Position numbers and translations under genes: made by a program. Under the pieces are notes generated by a model, which saw only the letters and a list, made by a program, of their open reading frames with translations, was not told the DNA's origin and made no database searches. This document shows positions 40,307-53,101 of a DNA stretch of 64,000 nucleotides, piece by piece (the stretch's first letter is position 1; every line of letters starts with the position of its first letter). Origin of the DNA: Lingula anatina. Taxonomy: Eukaryota > Animalia > Brachiopoda. Location: NCBI GenBank assembly GCA_051362555.1, contig CM120645.1, positions 19,406,001 to 19,470,000 on the forward strand. The letters run 5' to 3'.

Positions 40307-41588
40307 TTTTATTTACAGGCTGTGCCGGGCCTCATTGGGGTGTTTTGTTCTTAAAATAAAAAAAGACCACTTGAAAGAATAAGCTGAAAGAAAACATCTA
40401 GCATTTGAAACAATGAGTGCTGTACTAGAATGTACTATCAACTAATATTTTTGCGAATATTTTGAATGTATCATATTTATGCGGCATGAAAACAACATTG
40501 TCAAAAGTTAGCGAGCACTTCCGAAATTCCTCTTCATATAATTTTTCCATTTCACACATTATATGTTAGACAGTACAGTACACGTAATCAAAGCAAACTT
40601 TCCACAAAGGGCATGCTTAAGCAATAAAACTTGACGGGAAAGAGAGCAAACTTGCCACATATTCGAAGCAGCCGCCGCACGTGTGCATCCATGAAAAGCA
40701 CCTCCAGTAATGATCTAATTGGTTAATGTGGCGTTCACTAAAATAGTGACAGGAAATGAAGCTGTTGAAGTTGTAAAACCAAATTGCCTTTCCGTTTGAA
40801 AACTAAAATATCTTCAGACAAGTAATGATTACATGGTATTAAGATTATAAAATTATTTATTTATTTATTCAAGTTAATTTTTCATCTCTCATCACCCGGC
40901 TACATAGAAAATTAGGAGAGAATGTCTGCTTGACAGGTAGGCAAATTACTCGTCTCAAACTTTAGGTAGAAGTTCAGGTATATTGTTTTAGTTCATGCGA
41001 AACATACATCTAGTCAAATACATGATTCAGACTAAGATTTTATGCAGGGCATGTTTTACATCTTAATGCCTTCTTAGTCACCATTAAGGGTTTTGAATTG
41101 TCACCTGTGAAAAAGTGGGTCACCAAACCTGTTTTATTGTTGACATTTTATTCAGGGGGGTGATTGGCAGTTCCTGCTATTTGCGTTTTTGTAAAGGATT
41201 AAAGTGCACAATCATTTTTATCTAATAATTTTCTGTTTATCTTTTGTGTTAATCTTCATAGTTTCATGAGGGCTTAGTATATTAAAGGGTCCCTAAATTG
41301 CAAACAAAGTTGAAAATTTTCCCACCGGCCCTCCCCGAAACACGTAAATACTTCTTGTGTTTTAATATGAAATGATATATTATACCTTTCAAGCTTGCCC
41401 ATAGCGCACCCTGTCTTGCTGCACTGGCTCAGACAAAAAAGGGATTTCCACAGCAACAGGTGACCGGGCAACAAGAAGTGGGAAAAGATTCTTTCTAAAG
41501 ATACCTTTCAATCAAGAGGAGTTGGACTTTACAACAGACTACTGAAAATAGTGTTTTGTGGATAGCCTAAGAAGATAATTCTTCAAAA
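40307..41588. promoter_or_regulatory. Divergent (head-to-head) ORC5/LHFPL promoter region
   Basis: The start codons are 1.28 kb apart on opposite strands. A locally CpG-richer patch lies at ~40630-40740 with CACGTG and ATTGG (reverse CCAAT). Confidence 0.55.
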
Positions 41589-44500
41589 ATGTATCAGGAA
41601 ACAACAACATGGGAATCTCGCACTTATGAATATCACAACAAATATGTACGAAATTATCGAGCTATTGGTGTGCTGTGGGCCATCCTGACTGTGTGCTTCG
41701 TTATCATCAACATTGTGGTGTTTGTTCAGCCACAGTGGATTGGAGACACGGGGAGTATTGATGCCGCAGGGTATGGCCATTTTGGTCTGTATCGCCACTG
41801 CGCATTGAGGTCCAACGAAGCCCTTGTGTGCTCTGGTGGCATTGATAACTGGGATACAATACTATCGCCAGCATTTAAGGCAGCGACAGCGTTCATCGGA
41901 CTCTCTGCACTGTTCATACTTCTGTGCATTTGCTGCTTCCTGCTATTCTTTTTCCTTAGAGCATACTATGTGTTTTATATATGTGGAACTATACAGGCAC
42001 TGTCAGGTAAGCTTACTATAGTACATTATATTCTGTTGTTATTACAAGTTTTGTATACTTGTACTTGACAATTACACTACTCTTGTGGGGAAAAAGTTTC
42101 ATTTCCTGGGTTATAACATGGATTTGTGAACCAAAAGGGAATCCTGTTACTAGTAATTGTATCAGTCATGTATGTAATATTATTTACTAGTTAAATATGT
42201 GATAAAATCAATCGGGCATGTTAAAAAAATGATGTAATATATTCAGTTTTCTTGGTTCATAGACTGGCAACCTTGGATTAGTTATAGAATCAACTACGTA
42301 GAATTGACACTGCAATATATTGAGTGTTCCAAAAGTGACAGCTAATACCTCAAAATATTAATACTACAAATATAAATAAACTGCTTTATAATATAAATTT
42401 AATCACTTGGATAAAAGTTATACCTTAAAAATCCTTTTTGAGTCTTGATATCCCGAATGTACAAATGATTAATCTCCAAGACTTTATCCTTATCACTACT
42501 TATAGATATGGTGACATTATTTACGAATATTTAGGATGCTTTCTGGTCTTATCATTCTAGACATCATCTCAGGTACTCAATCATAAAATTTTGTCGAATT
42601 TTTGAAAATAATAACAAGTCAGATGACCCATACATGTAGGTTTTTGGATTTGTATCTTCTAATATCTGCATGGAAGTCATGAAACTCAACCTCCCCTATT
42701 ATCAGTAAAGGTTTTCGGTACAAATAGGGATTTAGGTTGCATAATATAGTAATATAACTGGCAGATTTCATTTTAAAAAAAAACAATTGTTGTGTAGTTT
42801 TTAACAGTGGGAATAGGTTTAACACATTGATAATTAAGTCTTTCCCTGCATTTCAGTCATTGTGTGTTCCTAGGCTATGTAACTGTTATCTTAAAAAAAC
42901 ACCATATGAAGTTTAATTATAGGTATTCTTTTTAAGTACTTCACTCAATATATTGGAACAACATGGATTGATGATTCCTCCCCATACAAGGTTTTGCTAA
43001 TAATAACTAAAATTCCAGTTCTGAAAAGTAAGTTGGAATTGTGTCGGAAAATACATTGTTGTGAGTATTCGAAAATGATAAATAGTGCAAAAAAAAAAAA
43101 AAAATGAAAAATTAGAAAAATTGTGATGTTTGAAAATGTCAAGTAATAACCATAATTATTTGTGATTTTTTTTCCAGTCCTGTGTATGTTCCTGGGTTGT
43201 GTCATCTACCCAGCAGGCTGGGACCATCTTATTGTCTACAATGTGTGCAAAGGGGGTCTTTATAACGCTGGCGTCTGTCAGATTCGCTGGGCGTTCATTC
43301 TCGCCATCATCGGCATCTTTGATATTCTCTTTCTGTGCATCCTGGCCTTTGTTCTGGCACTGAAATATCCTAAGGCACTACCAACGTATTACAAGAGTGA
43401 GACGATGACTAAATGTAAGTGTTCTGCTTTAAACTTAGCATTTTCAAATAATTGGCCTTATTTTGACATGATTTAGTTGAAATCAAAGTTTGTTTTCAAT
43501 CCTACAAGATCTTTTGATAACTAATATGAAGTTACATCTACTTGTGAGAGAGAGCTGTCTTTGGCCAGTAAGCTGTGTAATTATTTGTGTAACTTTTGTT
43601 GAAAAAAAAAATGCCATAATCCTCGCTTATTAACCTTTGCATTAACTTTCATTAACTTCCATATCTCATTAACCATACTCTTTAAATATGGTAACTATAT
43701 TTTGTAAATAAAGTAAATGTGCTAAGTTACTTTGTTTCTGCGTGTGTGTGTGTGTGTTACCTATACCCGCTGATTTAACTCTATATATTTCTTTTACTGT
43801 AACCTGATGTCCACCATTATTATTTTGCAAGGATCAATTTTTTTCTCAAAACACCAAATTATTATTTTTTTATTTTATTGAATATAAGTGTCTTTGACGT
43901 TTTTTACTTTATTTCATTTACATATTTTTTAGGGGGTGGGGAGCTTTATAATTGATTAACAGAAGACTCATATGTTATATGGCTAAAATATGTGTACTGG
44001 TATTGTCCACAGAATGAAAGCATCACTATGTCTCGTTTTATATTAGAATCAGACACTCACTGTAAAATCCTCCTGTAAACCTTTTGTTAAGTTGTCAGTG
44101 CTATGACCGATAGGTGACACAACATTGATTGCTGACCATGAGTGAGACATGAGGTGTGCATAGCCTGAGTTAAAACATGATTATTTTTATCACCATAACC
44201 ATACTGATTGCGACCTTAGAAGTAAAATAGTATTTCATAATCACCCTATTTTCTACTTAGCTCCTGCTGTTGTAGAGGTGAGAGAGGAAAGTGATACTTC
44301 ACTCTGAGTATGTTCTGTTTTCTTGGTCACATTTTGTTTATTTATTTGGGACCATTTACTCACTGACACTTATTTTCAATTTCTGCTTTTACCATGCTTC
44401 TGCTTGGATATATATTAAGTTAACATTGCACCAGCCCTGCTATGGCTGCCTTTGCCTTTCACCAGCTCATGATCATACGGATAAAAGCTGATTCCAGTGT

Positions 44501-45473
44501 GTCATTATTGAGTTTTTGGAAAACTGCCTTTGGTTGGGCTTGATTTTAGTGCAAATCAAGACATTCCTGTTAACTAAATTTTTAGTGAGAAGTGGAAATC
44601 ACTTTGTGAAAATTTGTCATTATGATCTGTTAAATTACTTTCTTTACATTTCTAATTTTTTAGAGTTACACACTATTTATTGAATTTAATTGCTTTATTG
44701 AGTAGTGTCAGCCTTCAGAATCTTTAAGACCAAAATGTATTTTCTACAATTTGAATTTTTTTCTTCAATTTGCATGTTTTAATTAGTAATATCTCTCAGA
44801 AGACAATGCCTTTTTCCTGTTTATGACATAGTTGATAAGTTCTCAAGATGCATGTTTAATTCAAGATGCATGTTTAATAAAATATCACTTTTAGGGTTCC
44901 TATATTCTCCTATATCATAATATTACTCTATAGTAGTTCAGATTACATTGGAGAAGCCCGAGATCATTTTTAGATATTATACCCAGTTTTCTTTACTGCA
45001 ACTGCTTCATGTAAATTGAATGCTGTTAATTACTGTCATGAATGATACAGGCAAGATTAAGGAAAGTGTTTGATCAATTTTGAAATTACATAACTGAAAA
45101 ACCTTTAACCTTTATTATGGCTTGCTTGTACTATGAAAGCTTTGAACTAGCAACTAGCACTAAAACAATAACTAACAGATACCTTATCTTACATTCTATT
45201 TGTCAGAAAGCAATTTTTTTAATCTCAGAAATTAACAGATTGACACCCCTCAGATTCTTAATGATATTTTATTCTACTTTAGCGGAGATGAATGGCTACC
45301 ACTACGACACTGCCTCGGACAAGAAATCCAATATGGCGATCAACCCTGTGATGATGATGCCACCACCTCCACACGAGGCAGATCGTTATTCGGAGTACTC
45401 TCATCGCAGCGACCCTGCACGTTCCAGACGTTTGGATCCACATCACAAGGGAAGATCTGATTTCCAGCTGTAG
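41589..45473 (+). CDS. LHFPL3: LHFPL tetraspan subfamily member (LHFPL3/4/5-like, TMHS family), 281 aa
   Basis: Exons 41589-42006, 43178-43414 and 45283-45473 (846 nt). [58 protein letters not shown] and [14 protein letters not shown]...[16 protein letters not shown] are diagnostic of LHFPL3/4/5. Confidence 0.94.
44261..44307 (+). CDS. Candidate alternative LHFPL exon encoding [15 protein letters not shown]
   Basis: Acceptor TATTTTCTACTTAG. In frame with the phase-1 end of exon 2, ending in TGA directly followed by the donor GTATGT. Confidence 0.6.
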
Positions 45474-48400
45474 ATTAGTTCTCAACTGCAACTCTGTTGA
45501 AAATGAGATTATTCTGGACTCACTCTGATTTTCTTTTTTTTTCTCTTTCTCTCTCTTGCCAATTGTTCAAATTTATATTTTGTATGAAAAAATTTATGAT
45601 TAAGGTATGAAATTTGAATTTGGTTTTAGATATTCCGCCAAAAGAGAAATTCTGCAACTGCAAGTCCAGTTATGAGTTTAGTTATATTTCAACACAGGGT
45701 AGTTTGATTTTTAAGCACTTTCTATCTATGATGTGTTTTTAAAACTTATACTTTTGATACCTGATCCCTTAATTTTTGCAGCAATACTAAAGCTCCATTT
45801 GAATTGATTTTATCTATAATTATGGGGGAAAAAAGACAGTTACAACAGAAAGTAACTGATAAAATCAGCTATGTGTGTATTTTATCCAGGTTTGGGAAAA
45901 AAGTCTAATTTTTTCCACCTTTTTGCAACTACAGTATTTTATTTATTATCATTATACACATGATTGGTAATTGGTAAATTCCTGAGTATCTCTTGTCATT
46001 TTATCCAGCTAATCTCTAGCTTAAGATGATGCATTACAGATTTGTATCGAGAGAAAATGGGAACAATTAATACACAGCTTTAAAAGAATGCTCATACCTA
46101 AATCAACACCACTAGTACTGAGGCTGATATTTGACTTGTTTAGAGGGCGTGTATTAAAGTACTCCTAGCTGCCAAGGTATGCTGTGTAAACAGATTAAAC
46201 TTTACTTTAGGATTATGCACTTTTTACATCAAAATGTTCTAAAACACCATTCAGGTTTGTATTTTGAGAGTTAAAGAGAATGAAATTTTTATCAATATCT
46301 ATGCATTCATGATTTGACAGTTTGATTTTTATAGGATCTTCCATATATTTTCATAACATTATGAGATTATTGATCAAAGCCTTTATAATATATTGTTAGG
46401 ATTAAAAGTATCAGATAGGTTTCACTTTGAAAAATACATTGCAATGCATTGTAGTATTGACACAAATATCCATTTATAGGTAGTATTCAGTGGGCTTAAT
46501 TTGTAGCAAAAAAAGAAAAGTAATTGGAAGTATATTATGTATGTTGTTGTTAGGAAATACCATTGTTGACAACTTGAAAGACAGGTTACTTTGTTCTTTA
46601 TCGCTGACTTGACTTTGGTATCCTCCCCTGTTTCCCTACAGTGTACATAATGCCCAGTGCAAATATTTTACTACCATATCAGCAGAGTTTACATGGAAAA
46701 ATTTCTTGATAAAATAATGCCATAAACACTTATTAATCAGAAGTTTATCTGTCCCATTTTGATTGCAGTTTGCAAATAATTTTTTGTCTTTCTAAAATGA
46801 TCATATTGCTGTTTGATATTCTTAAACATCGTGGTTGGTAATCATAGTAACAGAATACTCTATAATAAACATTTTATGGCTCTTTTTGAATTATCCACTT
46901 ATGCCCAGCAACAGATTTTTCTTTTCCATTTCTTCAAAACTCTAAATAGGTTTCAGAATTTGAATTTTGCTTGCCCTGAAAGAGAACCAATGCCATCTCT
47001 CACCTCTGGGCATCATCTTTACTCTTCATGCTTTTATTCCTCATCTAATGATTTTGAAGTAATTTAGAAGTGGTCTATTTATGTGATGTTTTATGGTGAT
47101 ATTTGATTTAAAAATGAACACTGTTTGATAAAAAAAAAAGAGAAAGAAGACTTGCCCTCTAGCCCTTAATGTATAAAACTGTAAAAAAAAAAATGTTCAT
47201 GTCCTGAGGAATAACATTAACTCTATGACCTGATTTTACTTCTTACGGTAAATAAGATATTAAAGTGAAGTACACAACATTTTTTAAAGTGGTAAGACAC
47301 GCCTTTAGGGAAAATGTAAGGTAGGCAAACTGAACTCTGTGGATGTATTTGACATGGGGGGGGGGGGGTATCAAAATGTCCGAACCAACAATCGGTCTAT
47401 ATCTTTCAAACTGTATCAATTGATGTGAACTGTTACAATGTTAATTTTTTTTGTGGACATTTGAAAGAAAATGGAGCTTAAACTATTTTTAATTGGGAGA
47501 TTTTATGGTTGATTATTATATACATGTAAAGGGGCAGATAAGAAAAACAAGTGCAAGGACCGTGTATTTTGGAATTGAATGTATATATCCTTTCTTCTGT
47601 AGTAAAAGGTAAATTGATGGATTTTTGTTAAAAAAAAATAGTTGACTGTATAGAGTTTTAGAGTCCTCTGTTTCCTTTTCCATCCCTGGTGATCCCTGAT
47701 GTGTTTTATACGGTTAATGTGAGAAGACATGAAAGACTTCTTTGTCAAGACCAGGTATACGTAATGTTCTTTTTCCACTGATTATTTATGCTAAAAAGAA
47801 ACATGTTTCGAATACATAATTCTGACTCACACTGGCACTGATTCATTTTACCCAAATTCAGTTAAAGATAAAAAAAAATACTCTGTTGGGCAGAAAGACT
47901 TGAATAATATTTGCATTTGATAACTTTACACCAATTAATAATTCATCTTTTGGAAACGAAAAAAAAACATAACCATATGTAGGCACAGTAGAAAATATGG
48001 CAGACTGGGCCTATCCAAGTACCTTGTATACCAAGATAAAGACATCCATTAGACTAGTAACTGGTTAATGATTCACCAGACTGGGAGGTTTTCTTAACAT
48101 GGGCGGTACTCCTTTCCTTGGAAATAAATCCATACAAGTTTCATATTAAGGCTACAATAGAAAGACCATTGTACCTAATGGAATCACATTATGTGAAAAA
48201 GTTTTTCTGACTTAAATGAGATTAATGGTAGATTTTCACGTATTTATGTCTCAGGTAATGGATTAGTACTTCTCATGGGGCTATTGGGTTTGAAGAGATT
48301 GCTTTAATAGGTTGCTAAGGCCCATCAAGGAAGGCATAGTTTTAGTGCACCAAAACAATATCTCTATGCTGATTCTATGCAAACTGACCTAGCTGCTGTT

Positions 48401-50958
48401 TTTGTTGACAAAATGCATAATTTTTTAACATAAATCTGTAAATGGAGGTTTTTTTCCTCCAAATGATTTTTATCTCTCATTTCCTTCTGTATATTTCATA
48501 TTGTTCTAGTATTTTCTTCAAGGCAATTAAGTGTATATTGAATTTGAATGAAAACGGTAACCATTGATTTTTACTGCTTTCAAATCAGAGTCCATAGTTG
48601 GAAGATTTTGGTGACATTTGATATTATACTTCTCAAGAATAATTTTAACTATGCCGAGAGACTTGGATTTTGAAAATGTAGCCAATATTTGAGGTGTGTA
48701 ATATGACTTAAGTTAGTATATAAACTGACAATTCACTGAGACATTTGAGCAATAAGTTTTGCCAACTTTAAACTGGCAAGGATTTAATTTGGGAAATCTC
48801 TTAAATTTGTACTCAACCCTTGTACTAAGAAATTTTTTCTTTGCAAGAAAATGTTTCCCATTAAGGTTACTTCCTATTTGAAACTAGGTATGACCTTGAA
48901 TATTAATTGTGAAAAAACCTCAATAAATTATGATTATAATCTTCATTATTTGAAAATCCAGAAACAAGGATCCGCATGTTTATTTTAGACAGCCCCACCC
49001 ACCCCTCAGCAATGAACCTAGTATAATTTGCATTTTGATATTTAAATAAACATTCCCTGAAGTGAAATAACAGTGCAAAGATAATATATAATTATATATT
49101 TAATCAGGGCCAGGTGATACTTAACATATCAGAGACAGACATCTTGAATGTATTTGTATTAATTATTCCATTATTCTAAGCACATATTGTTAATGTGTAT
49201 GCAATATTTATGTAGTTTTGTTTATTAAGACTTTCATGTAATTTGGTTGTTATGCAGTGACAAAATATGGAGTCTGAAGTCAGAAAAAGAAAAATTGAAA
49301 TCATTATTTGAACAAAGATTTACAGATGATTGAGTGAATGTTTTTAGTCATCCAGTAGAATTAGAATGAGAAATGTATATGACTCTGATACTAGAACTTA
49401 CATTTAGTATATAAATCCATGTAGGCAACGTAAACTAATGTGTGTTCTAGTATCAGAGGTATACATATTTTTCATTCAGCATTTACAGATGCTTAGACAA
49501 GTTGGAATACCAAATTTAAATTAGCTGGAAAATCTAAGGAAGGTGTAGATTTTACATGTCATGATATTTATATATATATATATATGAGATGATTTTAGCC
49601 TATTTAAAGGTAGATTATCATATTAAGTGTTTCACACATACATTTTTAAAGTAAAAACTGTTATTCATACAATCCTCACCTTTGTATGTTATACTCTTTT
49701 ATATTTAAAAGTGAACGCACTAATTTTGAAGGTCATTATTTCTTAGAGGCTTTAGTTCAGAATTTAGGAAAAACTAAATTGCAAATTTTCAACAAAGACT
49801 ACATGTACACTGTTTTGGAAAACTGTTGAGGAATTAACAGGCGTTCTAAAAGAGTATTTTAGATGAATACTTTGTCATATATTCTATGGGTAGTATATTG
49901 TTATTTATAACTTATGCAAACTCTTTATATACCTGCAGTCTACAATATATATATATATACTAGTATATAGCCAAAGAACTTATTTATGTGGTCGTTGTGC
50001 CATTTTTTGTTGAACAAAATTGTATTTCTGCTCATTACATGTCAGCAGTAGTTTTTCTTCATAATTTATCATGTTTGTAAAATTATGTTAATTTCACCGT
50101 AGGAAAATAGTATTTAGGAAGTATTTCATTAAATAAACATTAAACAAAAAGCAAAAAAGACTTGTATATCTACATATTTTGCAAACAATAAATCTGCTTT
50201 GCTAATAATTAGAGTAGTTTTTTTTTACCATTTTATAAGAAATTTACATTCAACATGTTCAAAAATACAGTGATGATGCAGTGTTCCACTGCCGCGATAG
50301 TGGGTAGGAATGTACTAAAGCAGCTGCAGTCAGCCTTTCTTCAGTAGAGCCCACATTCCTTTGTATGTGGTTAGAATAGAATGCTTAAGTTTTTTTATTT
50401 GCTTCTGATATTAATGTTCCTAATCTTATGTCTTTGAGATCTGCAATTTACTAAGTACGTAGATAATAAATGAAGCAGAGTTGGTCTGAATAACCCTAGT
50501 ATAAATGATAGCTAGCCCTTGGTTTAAAATCTTGAAACTGGAACATAATGGTCTTAACAAGGTCATGACAATCTATGTACCAGCACAGAAATAAATTCAA
50601 TTGAAAATTGATAAAGATAAAATCATAATACATTTTTTGCAATAAACATATGTGGATTTGTCCAGTTTTTTCTCTTTTTTTTTATTTTGGTAGTTTTAAT
50701 TTTGCAAGGTGAAAGGATAGCGTACTTGGTGTGATTTAACATTTCACATTTGCTTAAATATTTTAAGTACTTCTTATATTTGATTGAAAGAAGATGGTAT
50801 GCAGGTCTCTATAGTTACCCTTTTTCCTGTATTAGAACTGGCGTGGTTGAAAAAAATTTGTATGTGTGTGTCACTGTGTGTGTGCGGGGGGGGGGGGGGG
50901 GGGGGGTTACCTCCCTTGGCTCCTGTGATCCTTTATGTTGTTTAATTACCAAAATAAA

Positions 50959-51118
50959 CAGGCCTGTATCGGGGGGGGGGGGGGGGGGGGGGGGTCGAAT
51001 CCCAGAAGAAGGTCGCCCACTCGAGGGAAAAATATGAACTACACGAAGGTTTCATGGTAAAAGGTGCACTATTAAGGAAATGACATCCCCTCCTCTGAAA
51101 TGGCTGGCTACGGGCCTG
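50959..51118. mobile_element. Short MITE CAGGCCTGTA...TACGGGCCTG with poly-G
   Basis: 10-bp TIR with one mismatch and a G-run near the 5' end, like the element at 11504. TSD unclear. Confidence 0.55.
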
Positions 51119-53101
51119 ATAGTCAGCAGTTTCTTTTTCCTTCTTTCAATTTATTCACTAATTTGTTGGATATGGAAAAAATGTCGCATTTTGATAATCT
51201 ACATCTCCTACAGCTTCCCAAATGTTTTTTTTTTTTGTAAACAAGATTAACAAGAAGCATTCAAGCATAAAAAGAAGAGTACATTGCCTATTTTATCAGA
51301 AGACTGATTCTAATTACCAAAATAAAAAAGCATACTTTTAGGTGAAGATGGAGTTAAACAAGCTGCCTCAACGGGTTCAGGGGTTGGGATGAGAAGTAAA
51401 AAAAGTAGAAAGTGGTCTTTTCACCAAAATGATGAAATAAACTGAAAGCCAATACGAAGCATATTTTTCAGACGGGCGTGGAGTTTTCATTCTTACCTCA
51501 TGGAATTTAACGTAATCGAATCCAGGTGAAATTCATTCATTATATTTCCTTTATACAAAACCTCATTATACAAAAATAGCTAGTAAAAATAAAACAAAAT
51601 TGCAGATACCTGTTACAATTTCATTCTATTGAAAATCGAATCACAAATATCGATATATTGCTATCAAGCCTCTGCCATTATTATAAGAATATGTATGCTC
51701 ATACTTTAATTTTGCATACCATTGTAGACGCCCTTGATATCAGAATGTAGAGTTGATAAGATTTAGAGAGAATGCAACAGATAAATGTCAAAGTTAAGCA
51801 CACTTAGTATAATTTTAAGGTATACCAAAAGGTAATTCTGATAAACCGAATGGAAAGTTAATGACATAAATAAATCCCCCCTCTCTCTCGTGGGTGCGCG
51901 CGTGCTGCGCTAATTGCAACGGGGCTGGGGATAAAAAGCGGGCTCCAAAATGACATCTGAATTGAGCGCATTCTGACTATGTATCGCATGTTTTCTAGCA
52001 TTACTCTAATATGTAAATATTTTTAAAGCTTTTTTTTTATTTGAACGTTATAAAGTTTGTTACTTAGCATGTACTTGTTGTTTTGAAAATATACATATAT
52101 CTACATTTCAGAAAGTTTTTACAAACATTGTTCTCCACCCTTTTAAAACTAGGCACTGAAAATGTAGTACAGGTTTGCGTGAAACAGAATGTGTCCCGGC
52201 TTGTTTTTTATTCACTGTAGATGTGGTGATTGCGTTTGATGTGATCATAAACAGACACGAAGATAATACAACAAAGCCCAGAAAGTTTCTTTTCCCCGGG
52301 AATCCTCAAATGAAATCTGAAGCAGAAAAGTGCGTCCTTCAAGCAAACAGCACCCGACTTTTAATGAAATAATATCATGTCCTAATCATACATGTACATA
52401 ATTGAATGAAAACATTATCTACATTATCCTTCTCTCTCTTTTGTTTATTTATTTATTATTATTATTTTTTTTTTTTTTGCAAGGCACTAGCACATTTAGA
52501 TTAAAAGCTTTCATTATAGTGATCAGCATATGAGAGTATACTAACAGTAGTAATTTAGTTCAAAGAAAATTTCGAAAAAAGGTCGCACGATTTCACTCAA
52601 GAAATGAGAAAAAATTATAATACGAGTATGAGAATGCAGTAGAGAAGTCGGGTGTGAATTTTATGCGTCGTGTACAGATTCCTATCTATCATTTACATGC
52701 CACATGGAGAAATGTATCATACGGTATCCTGGGCGTTAAAATAGCGTGACGATTGCTATCACATCCATTTATTCTAATGACATCCTTTTTTGTCACTGAC
52801 TAATGTAGGTAGATTTAAATGTATGATAAATGAACTCAAACTTCATGTACATCTAGGTGCGTTTTATCCCTCTTGATCTTGGGTGAAATAAAAGAAAAGT
52901 AATTCAAAAAACACAATCGACATAATTGCCTGAAATATTCCTTCAAAACAAAATAATCGCAAAAGAAGTAAAGACAATCTCCTCTGAGAGGCAATACGAG
53001 ACGGTAACTGCGGATAGACGAGCCTTGTTAACCTAGTTTACCGTGTTTATAATTAGAAACCCCAAACCGAGGCCGAAGGTAATCTACTAGCTATTACAAC
53101 C

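Noticed and set aside
40310-40336. Short upstream ORF before the ORC5 ATG
   Set aside because: The 5' UTR structure is unknown and such a short ORF is expected by chance.
44261-44277. 17-nt micro-exon using GAG|GTGAGA
   Set aside because: It would frameshift the last exon. The 47-nt reading ending TGA|GTATGT is more coherent, though the internal donor cannot be excluded.
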